DNA of 64,000 nucleotides, from the NCBI GenBank assembly GCA_009103225.1, contig RHPI01000984.1:1-64000 (forward strand), in the 5' to 3' direction. The first letter of the stretch is position 1. Each line of letters begins with the position of its first letter. Below, one piece after another: positions 36,041 through 47,035 of this stretch. This DNA is from Chlorokybus atmophyticus (lineage: Eukaryota > Plantae > Mesostigma and Chlorokybus algae). Both the position numbers and the translations under genes were made by a program. The notes under the pieces are model-generated. The model saw nothing but the letters and a program-made list of their open reading frames with translations. It was not told the origin of the DNA and made no database searches.

Positions 36041-38014
36041 TCAGGTTGCATGCTTGCATTATGCGTGTGGTTTTCAGTTTCAATGGTTTTGCGGTGGTCA
36101 CCTGCGCTTGGGTGCAATTGCTTGGATGGTTTACTTGCTTGCCTTCACATATGTGCGTGTGCTGGTGTCTGTGTGTGTGTGTGGTGGTTGGGGGGTGGGG
36201 GGGGCTTGTGTCGTTGCTTGTCGTGGTGTGTAAGTTTCCTTCGATTGCAAGCCCGTGAACTCAGTCATACCTGCGTGCATGTACATGCAGGTCATGGAAG
36301 CATCCGCGAGCGGAAGCCTAGCAAAGCGTGCCAAGACGCATTCAAAGACGCCTCAGCCATTGCCATACATGAGTCCAAAATTGACTGACAAACTTCTCCA
36401 GGTGGGCAAGCGCCCGGGGAAGGTGCAGCGCTGGTTGGGGAAGGTTAGCATCGGTGACGGATACAAGCAGTGCAAGCTTGATGACTGGGCGGTCTCCACG
36501 CATGGCTACGAGGACACTGGCCCTTTGGCTATTCGAACCGTTGTGAAGGGTCCAGTGACGTGCAATGTATCGCAGCATGAGAGAGCCACCAGCCCGGCGG
36601 CGCCGCCCGACCCTGTGCCCGATCCTAAGCCCGCTCCCATGCCACTGCTCACGTCCTTCGATGTTGGCGTCATTGGCTACACTGGTATGCGTCTCACCAT
36701 CAAAACCGTCAATAAGGCTCCACTTGGCTGGAGCCTTGCATCGGGATCAGTTGTGGGGGATGTGCTGCGCGCAGGGCCGATCATAACTATCGTGGATGGA
36801 CCTTGGCCCATGCAGTTACCCGAGGCCCAGTGACTCTGTGCACATGCAATGCGTGTACAGTTTTGTGCAGGTTCAGGCTGTCGTAGTGGTGCTGTCTGAG
36901 CCATGTACCAGGTTCAGCAGTGACCTTGGCCAGTGACATTGGCGAGCAGTGACCTTGGCCCATGTATATATATCCTTGCATGTAAGTACGTGTAGATGCA
37001 TGTGTGCGATCAGTCTGCGGCACTGCATTAAAGAATGCAATGGTGGGAGTACAACTTAGGCTGTGTACATGGTCTGCTGATGTCCGTCACAGATTGCATT
37101 CGCCGACATGTGTTGGTGTATGTGCTGGGGCAGCCTCGTGCGTAAGGCCTCGGTGTCCAGGTTGCATGGTTGCATTCTTCTTGTAAATGCGTCTGCAGTT
37201 GTGATGGTTGTGGGTGAGATGCTGCTACTACTACCAGTGGGGCTCCCAACATCCACACCAGTGTGGAATTCGTGAGCCACACTGGCAGTAGTAGTTAACA
37301 ATTACGGAGCTACAACTACTAGTTGTAGCTCTGCCTAAACAGATGTTTGAGTTATTTATTCTTTAGTATCACATAAGCAATTTGGTACACTATAGTTCAC
37401 GAATGCAACATTATTCATTGTCATCTTTGTGCTTGTGACAGGCGGCATTTGTTATGGTAGGTCGGAGACAGAGTCGTGAGTCGTGAGTCGTGACTGGTGT
37501 AGGTCGGAGAGTCGAGAGTCGTGAGTCATGACTGGTGTCCGATAAGCACATTTGCTGACGTGTCGAGCAGAATGCACAATCGATTCCATACGCACGGCAA
37601 TACCCTACGCAGTGCTTTTTGCTCGTGGTGTTGGCGGCGGCGACGGCGGCGGTAGGTGAGCGGCTGCTAGCGGCACACTCGTCTGTCTCATTGTGCTGCT
37701 ATCGTTTTCATGCTCAATTCCTCATGACCATAAAGCACAGCTTTTTTGTAGACATGCAGGCAAGGTTTGTGCATGCACTGGCATTTGCCTGCTAGCTTGC
37801 TGTTCAGCTGGACTAAGTCATGTTCAGCTGGCAGGGAGCTGAACGACGTGCTTCGGCAAGGTAAAGTACGGTTTGCTTGATGTGTGAAGCACATGCACAT
37901 GGCCAAGCAGCTGCAGTCAACTGAGGCAGTTAACTGAGGTTTTTGGTTGAACAGTGTTGCGGTTGTGCACAGCTTGACCTACTAGTTTGACCTACTCAAC
38001 ACACAGGTGGAGCA

Positions 38015-40677
38015 GTGGTCATGTCAGGCACGACGTCTGGTGGGCGGTCTAGCGACCTGAGTGGAGGCTGGGAAAACTTGGACGATGAGATCTGGGGCAA
38101 AAGTGCTGGTGCACCATCAGATGAGCAGGTTGAGCGTGAGTGGGAAAAATCTGAGGAGACGGCTCACCTCCGCGACCTTGAGACCATAGCAATGATGCCC
38201 TTGAAAGTGAGCTTACAATGATGTGCAAGCAACCACCGTCGATATCAGCATGTGCTGCCGGAGTCTGTCTCGATTTCTGAGGTTTGCACAAGCAACTCAC
38301 ACTGTTGATATTGCTGTAACTAAGCTCTAGTATGCAATACTTGCACTGTGCAGGCACTAAAGGTCCTTCATTGGCGTGGCCAGCATCATACCAGTGATCG
38401 CCGCGATATCACAAAGCTGGCGGACAAGGGCCGGATTTGCTATGAGTACTGTCGTTTGCTACCGGGGAAGACCCAGACGAAGCAGGACCCACTTAAGTTT
38501 GCTCTTGCAGTTACATGCTGGCATCTTCTTCATCCAGAGTTCCGTCCTGAAAAGGTTGGCAAGGTTGTGAGAGTGTCACCAGCTGTCATGCAACATTGTT
38601 CAAGCTTGAAGGATTTTGCATTCGATGGCAGTCACCACTCTGGGCCTGGTGCAGGCAAAAACGATAATTCAGGACTTTCTTACCAACAAAAAGGCATATA
38701 CCAACGCCAAGCACAAAGAAAGGCAGAGACAGAAGAGTAGGAAACGTTACAAGGAGATGATAGAGCGCGCTGAAGCAGGGGGGTTTGAGCGAAAGCGCAA
38801 GGGAGCGCCTAAGGACAAGAACAACAAGGTGTGTGCCATGCAGTGACTGAGTTGTCTGTGCAATGTTTGCATGTCTTCAGTGCCTTTGCCATGTGCATAA
38901 TTGCAGGTCAAAGACAAGTCAAAGGCAAGAGACAGCTCCTCGCTGCACCACTCTGCTACGCCGAGAATGCCACCTCACAGGGTGAGCTACGGTTTGGTAA
39001 ATGACTATGTTTAGAACGAAACGCTTTGTGTTTGATGGTGCCTTATGTATGCAGGGTGTGAGGTGTGTACGATAGTCCCTTGTGCATGCACGGCGCCCAC
39101 GCGTTCACCTCCCGCCAGCAACGCCAGCGACGACCGAAATGTCACCTCGCAGCGTGAGCCATGTTTTGCGCGCGGGGGCCGCTGCGGGAGGTCCTGTGTA
39201 TACACTGTTCTGATCGGTGCCTTGTGCGTGCGATAGGTAACAAGAAAGGCACTGCGCTACAACCCACAAGGTCACCCGCTACTGGTTCACAGGTTAGATG
39301 TCTGTCATCATTACACGAGCAGCCAAGTGCTTGTACTCTCCTGTACATGTCATCATAACCGTTCATGACTGTTGTGTTCAGGCACCTGCCAAACAGGATG
39401 CTGATGTGCGTGATACCAGCTCAGCTCTTAAGGTATGCAACAACGACTGGAGCAAGTATCTAACAAGCATATCAGTTTTTGCAATAGAAACCGCACCACA
39501 TGTAGACACAGGACGCCGCGAATGTCATGGAGTTCATGAAAGAAAAGGAAGGCAGAGGGCAAGGGAAGCGCAAAGTGTCTGATGATGTACGCACCACTCT
39601 GCTTCACAACAAATGGCATAGCATTACGTTGTGGCTCACAATCCGATGTGTATGCTGTTGGCAGGAGCCTGAGGTGTCAAGCCCCCAAAAGAAAGCAAAG
39701 ACTGTTCGCTCAATTCCGGCTCCCTACAAGTCTAAGGAGGCAGGCCCCTCGACTAGCAAGCAGGAGAAGATGTTGGATAAAAAGAGGGGCAAGCAAAAGG
39801 AGGTATGAAGCACCATCTATGTGCGCTTATAGGCTTCTTGGGTCCTTCTGCTTGCAGAAAAACTGTCACTGCAGCAGACTCGCATGCATGCCTATCAATT
39901 GTAAGCTTGATAACACGGCGTGCCACCTGGTTGCACAGGATGAGCCATCGTATTCAAAAGTATCCGAGACAGACAAAAGCGAGGACAACGATGAAGATGG
40001 CGCCAAGGACGATGCGAACAGCCCCAATGACAGCGACAACGACTCCCCAAAGGCAGGTTTTTTGCAAGCGCTATATAGGAGAGTGCATCTGTGTATATGT
40101 CTGCCAGTTGATGTGTTTGTCACTTGCATGTGCAGGAAGACCTGAGCGACAAGGATGACACTGCACCGACGATGAAGGTTGGTAATGAAGTCAAGTTGTT
40201 CATCGATGGGCGCAAGGAGTTCGTAGGGGAGGCGCACGTAAGCGACATCAAGCCCGTCAACAAGTTTTAGGGCAAGAAGATTGGAGAGGGTAACATGGTG
40301 GTCCAGTTCAGCCGCAATCTTCACATCACTAGGACCAGACGTCCTGGTGCAGGGGAAGAAGAGGTTGTGCCTTTGCTAATCAGCTTCAAGCGTGATGGGG
40401 TTGGAGTGCAAGTGACCCACTTGAGAGGTGAACGATGATTGCGTGCTGACTGTGCGTGCGTTATGACAACACACTGCGTCTGACGTATTCATGTGTGGTT
40501 GATGCATGTGAAGAGTTCGAGGCGGGGTTGTTGCTACTTTGGCCTACTAGGTTGATGAAGACCATCAAGGTGAGGGAGCTGCCAGCAAAGGAAGGCACAT
40601 CCACACCGCGGGGGAGAGGCCGTGGGAAGGGGAGTCGGGGTGGTCGGGGTGGTCGGGGGCGAAGCAGCAGGAAGTAG
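38015..40677 (+). pseudogene. CACTA second-ORF (TnpA-like) multi-exon gene with an RG-rich tail
   Basis: The C-terminal exons read VKLFIDGRKEFVGEAHVSDIKPVNKF*GKKIGEGNMVVQF...VPLL...DACEEFEAGLLLLWPTRLM, resembling the Tnp1/En/Spm-like (Transposase_23) domain. The gene ends RGRGRGKGSRGGRGGRGRSSRK*, and upstream exons are acidic or basic and low-complexity. Confidence 0.6.
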
Positions 40678-40799
40678 ATATTGCCGTAGGAGACTTCCAC
40701 CTGCAAGTGCAGCTCTGGGTAGCAGACATACATTGTAGACAGCATTCAATGTGTTATTGTAAATCGGCTGCCATTCAGCTGACATTGCTGGGCTGGCTG

Positions 40800-41390
40800 G
40801 ACGGACTTCTGTGAATATTATCAGGACTGCATATATCGGTCTTGTCCTACTCAATATCACTTGAACATTCATAGTATCATTAACGGTTGTAAAACAGCAG
40901 CTTACCATTGTTCAACTTCATTGCCATTGAATAACGACTCACATGTAGGACTTAGTGTGTTGGCTAGATTACTATGAGTATTTAACAAATACATGCGTGC
41001 ATATGCAATGGTGTAGTACAGTTGCAGCACCACACAATACAGGGTGAATATTCAACTCTACTGCAAGTGAAAGTTTTGGGTGACTGTAAGTGGTGGTGTA
41101 GTACAGTTGCAGCACTATACCATACAGGTTGAATGTACAGCTCCACTGCAAGTGAATAAATAAATGCCCCACATATAGGACTAGTGTGCAATCTAATTGC
41201 CACAGGGATATTCACCAACAATTACATTGAACAGGCTTTAACACCTTTCAGACCAAACGGTCTGAATATTCACCTCGACATGCAGGAGCCAGGGAGGCCG
41301 CATTCTAGGCTATTCATCCCTGTTTTTGTTGACTATTCAGACCAAACAGTCTGAAAATTCAGGAATCGGGGGGGCTCAGAATTACCGGTG
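40800..41390. repeat. Probable right terminus of a CMC/CACTA-like element with subterminal repeats
   Basis: Many TGAATA/TATTCA motifs and two palindromes TTCAGACC-AAAC-(G/A)GTCTGAA (41247-41266 and 41336-41355). The end reads CACCGGTAATTC on the minus strand. Confidence 0.5.
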
Positions 41391-44300
41391 TGGGTTCAAG
41401 ACAAGTGCATATTCCAACAGCACCGGCATGGAATTTAAGCGCAGGTGGATCAAATGTAGGCCATAACCGAGCAAGTGGACATTACCTGTTGGGATGCATG
41501 CGCTAGCGTCGCCTTTCACGCGGAAGCATTTTTGGGATGTGGGGTATGTCGGACTGCTTGGTGGTGGCAGAAAGCCAGGCTCTACAGGATTGATGATGTC
41601 AGACTCGGTGCCGCTTGTGAGCGCCTGCAATGGCGGAGCGGCACTTTTGATGTCCTGCAGAAGCCTAGAGATGACTCCCACTAGCAGACCCATGGCGCGG
41701 AACAACTCGCAGTTACACGCCAAGTACGCTACACCATCCACCATGCTAGTCCTAAACAGCTCTGCAAAGTCGCCGCAGCTAATGACGCTGGTGGTGTGCT
41801 CAACTATACCCTCCACTGGCAGTCTGCCTACACCAGCCATGGTAAAGCCGCCGCCGCCGCCAAGAGCTGCTTCACTAACATGCGCTTTGCCGCAAAATGG
41901 AGCGGTTGGGGAATTTGAAGGCAATTGTTTGAATTTTCGTGCAACGCGCGTTGTCCTCATCAGGTCGACTAATATGGAGTCTCCTAACGGACTCGGTAGC
42001 GCACGTGACGTTGTACGGGAGGTACAAATCGCCTGCCATGTAGGCGGCGGCTGATCTGGCCGCGGGCGTAGGAGGTGGCGGCGGCGGTGACTGCCAGTGG
42101 TAGAGCGTGTGCGATAGAGTGGCCAGCATGTTCACCAGTCTATCTAAGGCTACAAGCGTTAACTTCGTGACAGAGCACTCAAGCGGAAGAGGCAAGAGGA
42201 TGCGCATGTGTCGGGCCATGCAGAGCAGCAGGGAACTACGCAGAGCTCTGCAAGCATGTCGCAGTCCGAAGTCTTGGGTGGGTTTGAGCCGCATTCTGCC
42301 GCAATAGACAGTATGCATGCTGAAACTATGCACCGTGCTGGCTCCAGTCATGCACCTGTGTATGCTCTCTGCTGGTGTAGTAAAGGCAAAGGGCTCAGGC
42401 AGGTATGATGCATGCTCGCAGCGTTGATGTGTGTGCACTGAGACCACACGACTAGAGCATGTCTCACGTAACTCACATGGTGTTGCGTGTTAGCCCATTG
42501 ATGTGTTGAAGATAGGACGACATCTTCGGCGCGATCAGTTGGCGCAGGAGATGGTGCATGGCCAGAACGCGGCTCCACGAATGCAGCAAACAACTGTGCA
42601 TGTGCGCAACATCCAACAGGAGCACCTGGAACCAGACCAATCAAGAGCACGAGGTCCTCAAAGAGTATGTTGACAAGATGCTGGAACTCGTGCGCATCGC
42701 GGATGAACGCGCGCTATCGGCTGCATCTATTGATCTATTGACGACGTGTTAAGGTGGGGTTTTACGGCCCGAACAGCCCTACTGCAATTGCATCCAGAAA
42801 TCAATGGCGGGATGACGAGCCTGCTGCAAGCAAGGTACCACACAGCTGCTTTCATGCCTTGGCTGCATTGATTGCGAGTAGATGCGGTTGCCAGCGAATT
42901 GCCGGATGGGGCTGTGTACGCTCATTGAAGTCTGCCATGGCAATCCACGTGACACAACGCTGTATCTTTCAGGTGCCTACGTCAGTGTATCGGCTACACA
43001 ACCTGTTGAAGCAGAGGGGCATGCCCGTGCCGCTGAAACATCATGCCTGCGTCAAAGATGGGCACTGGCATCTCTTTGATCCGATGCCACTAGAGCTTGA
43101 GCCCACAAACGATGGCATCAACACCCCGAAACGGCAGCGCAGGGAGGCGGAGATGTAGCTGCTTATGCAGGAGAAGTGCCCAACCTGCAGCGCTGAGCGC
43201 GGCAGCACTGTAACCTTTTACTACCTGCCTTTGAAGGACCGCCTGCAGTTAATGCTGAAGTCGCCCTCTGTGTGCGAGCAGCTGCTGGAGTCCTGGCGCA
43301 AACATGGCAACTGGTACTGCAGATCGCAGAGCCATGCACCGGGAGCACAGAGGGAAGTGTGGGACGGCAAGAAGCTTCTCTCCACTAAAGAGGAGGCGGT
43401 TCTCATGGTTCTGGGACCTCAGCCAGCCTATTGTGTTGCCCGTGCTCTGCACCTCCTGCAAGCATATGCACATACCGGGACACGACTTCCCAACCGAAGG
43501 CCAGCTGTTCTCGGCGGAGTGGGTGTTCAATTGTGTGAACAGTCTATGCCCAGAACCCAGTAACCGGCAGCTGCGGCGCAGTGGACATGGAAGCCCGCTG
43601 AACTTTACGCTCGTTGGTCATTGGGACGGCTTTTCTACTGCCACTACGTCGAAGCGCAGCACGCTCGCTGTGAGCCTCCAGGTCCTAAATGGTGGTGAGT
43701 GTAGCGGCTGGATGCAATGCTGCATCTATAGCTAGCCCGCCTTTGGTCCAATTGGTTTGTCTACTTGCAGGCAAGAAGGTGACATGTAAGAACAACTCGT
43801 TGCTGCCTATTATGTTCATACTAAAGGATTCTGTCCCCAACGTCCCAGACAATTTCGATGCTTTCTTGGAGCCACTGGTGTTGGAGCTAGAGGACCTGTA
43901 CGCGAATGGCATGCAGGTTGAGCATGGTCTGTCCAACGCGCAAGTGTCAACAGCACGGCCTGCCCGAGCAGCGGGTGAAGTATGCCTGGTGAGGGCCATG
44001 CTCTTTTTCTAGACAGGCGACCATCCAGCTCTGCGATATGGGCAAGTTTACCGGTGCCGGTGCGAGATGCCCTTGCAGGCGTTGCCATGTGGTGGGCAAC
44101 GAGGAAAAACGCAAAGCTCACCGCAAGAACCGCGTGGAGCAACCAGATCACACGTTCACGATTGACTTGGTGGCTTATGACACTACCCGTTACGTGTATT
44201 CACTCAATCGTGAGCTGAACCGTCACCCCCCACCTGCCCGGAATGTAGCGGAGACGCATGAGGTTGCCCTACGCCATGAACCCGACGCTCAGGGATGCGC

Positions 44301-44481
44301 GCCTGAATGGGCGGTGCGCAAGGAAATTCGATTCAACACAGGCGTCAAGGGCTACAATCCCCTGTGGCGCTTGTATCACCTGTCTGAGTTCGACCCGATC
44401 CTTGACCTGGTGTTCAACACTATGCATAACTTGGTTGAGAACATGGCCAAGTCGCTGTGCAAGCGCTTGATCGGCTCGAGG

Positions 44482-45123
44482 TGTAACGATGCTCGTGCTC
44501 ACATACATAGCACACAAGTCATACAACACATGTGTGCAGCTGAGCACAATCTTCACACCGGAACCTTGCCTTCACTCGCGCACGCACGCACGCGTCGAGC
44601 GCGCCCACGCACACGAACACTACTACTTCTCACGCCAAGCAAGAACGCAGCAGTGTGCCTTGGACCACAACTCCCTCAAGCATGCTCCAGCATACTCACA
44701 GCAGAGAGCAGAAAACAAAGTTGGTTGCATTACACAGGGTTTTTCTATTTATACAAGCACTAGGAAGAAATAGCCTAATTAGCAGGCATTTCATTATTCA
44801 CTACCAAATCTAAAGGCAGGTCCAAGTGCAGGCTCCCCGCCACGCGCGTTGGGCCTTCGGCGGCTGTGTGACTGTGCAGTCCGCGTCACCTGGCACTGCA
44901 CAGCGCGTGTCCAGTCAGCGGCTGTGTCACAACCGCGTGGCAGGTGGGTCACGTCGCCGAATTAGCTGCTGTCGATCAGGTCGCAGGCGAGTCGCGCGCG
45001 GCAGCAGGGGCAGGCGCCACATGGGCTTAATAAAGCTCATAAAAGCCCTCATCAAGCCAGCAAAAAAGGCAAAATAAGTACTTTATGTACAATAAAATAC
45101 AAAAAATGCCCCAGGCTGTGACA
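44482..45123 (-). mobile_element. Solo LTR (642 bp) related to the Ty3 family LTRs
   Basis: TGTAAC...GTGACA flanked by CGAGG/CGGGG (5-bp TSD with 1 mismatch). It shares TTCACACCGGAACCTTGCC and a TGT(A/G)ACG(A/G)TGCTCGTGC end with the reverse complement of LTR 33066-33733. Removing it restores the transposase frame LIGSR-GEAIGG. Confidence 0.82.
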
Positions 45124-47035
45124 CGGGGGGTGAGGCGATAGGTGGATCCAGTGCAATGGCGGCAGTGGACAGGAAGAGGGTCCATGATCGTCTTGAGGCG
45201 TTTCAGAAGTCACTTACCACAGAGCCAAAGGCGGGTCGTTTTCCTCACTGAATTACATCCGGGCAAGTATTGTGAGGTGTTCTTGCCCAAAAGGGTGGTG
45301 GTTTGAAGTAGGTGAGCATGCGCACGAAATGCCTGATGAGCTTGTTACCGGCACACATGTGTTGATGGTGGCATTCCGTGACTAGTTATGCAACGACTTT
45401 GCAAGCTTGGCTGGTGGAAGGCGGAGGAGTACCAGAAGTTCGTGCAGCTGGTCATCCCGTAAATAACAGACCTGCTCAAACCTGTCGAGCGGGATCTATG
45501 CATGATTGTGCATGAGATATTCCGCATGTTCTATCACGTCACGCGGGTCGAGGGATGAACTAGGGGCCACATGGACTACGTTGATGCTGTGGCACTGGCG
45601 AGTCATGTCTGAAAAGTATTTGGGGACGAATAACAAGGCGCTGGAGCACGCTGCAGCGGCTGGGCACTTGTTGGAGGACATCGTCAGTCATGGCGCGCAT
45701 GAGATCTACTGGTGCTATGTATACGAGCGCAAAGTACACGAGCACCTGAAGTTGCACACGAACAAGAAGGAATACGAGTTCACGTACATCCATCACAATG
45801 CGCGAGAGTGGTTTGTGTGCATGGTGGAGCAGATAAAGCTGGACCACAGCACTGGTCTTCGCGACCAGTGCTGTGGTCCAATTGCTTTCCTGGACAACAA
45901 AGGGGTGTTCTACCACATTCTAGCTGTATACTTGACAATAGTCTTACTCAAGCGAGCGAGCGTTAGCACACATCATGACGCACTACATGCTTTCTACCCT
46001 GAAGAAGGTGATTGAAGTGCAGCCCCTCAACCGCAAGGGTTGGTTCCAAGCGTGCAGCATGGAAGCGGCTCGTGCTCTGTGGCGTGTCATTGAGTTGCAT
46101 CCGCGCTCCTCTATCGCTAAAGAGGCACGGGATTGCGTTCCCATTGGAGAGGGTTCAATGATACCGCTGTCCGACAGGGACCACAGTGGAGTAGTCGGCG
46201 TGCTGCATTCCATGAACTGCAACAAGCCAGAGACAGCGTTGCAGGTGGCGACTCACTTCAGGGCCATCAGCATACGCGGGGTTATTTACAGGGTTGTTAA
46301 TGTGGGCTGATGCTGCGATTTGCCATGTTAGCCACCATGAATGCAATTGTGCTCGAGGGTGGCAATCCGCAGTTTCAATTCAATTTTAATGATATGCGTG
46401 CGTTTTGCCCAATGCGCAGGAAGTGCATACAACCTGTAATTGCAATGGCATATCGTGGGTTTCACGGATGACATGGTGCGTTTGCAGGACACAAGAGGAT
46501 GTGGTTTTTTGCATCGGCAAACGTGAAGTCGGCATCGCGCAATTGTCCGGCATCATGGTGCACGAGCATATTGACTGTCGATGCATATTGCGCCTAAGGC
46601 CCCATTTTCCACGATGATATGCCGGGAAATGTTGTCGGTGACATGGCAGCCATCCCTATTGACAAGGACCACACTCCAATGTATGTTCCCGCTCAAGATG
46701 TGCTACGCAAGGCAATGCTATTACCGGTGCCTTTTGGGAGTGCGCCGGATACTGCGCCTTGCAAACGACGTGCATCGCAATGCAATGAGGTTGCCATTGT
46801 CAGGTGTGGATGCATAGTAGCACGATACCGATTCGGTACCTGATACGTTTGGGGTTAGGTACGGGTATTAATACGGCATAAATATTTAGCAATACGGCTG
46901 ATACGCCCATTAAACAGTACATGTTACGCAATGTGCATATCATATGCATATCATCTTGCAGCCAATGTAGCAACAACAACTTAACATGTGATCATCAACA
47001 CAATTCGTATCACACAATGTCTGATACACAACACT

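Noticed and set aside
23449-41390. A single 18-kb CACTA element bounded by CACGG and CACCGG ends
   Set aside because: The ends do not form a convincing TIR pair, the subterminal motifs differ, and the interrupted Ty3 chromodomain does not resume after 41390.
41382-41960. 192-aa minus-strand ORF, briefly considered metacaspase-like
   Set aside because: No catalytic His/Cys motifs are recognisable; left unannotated.
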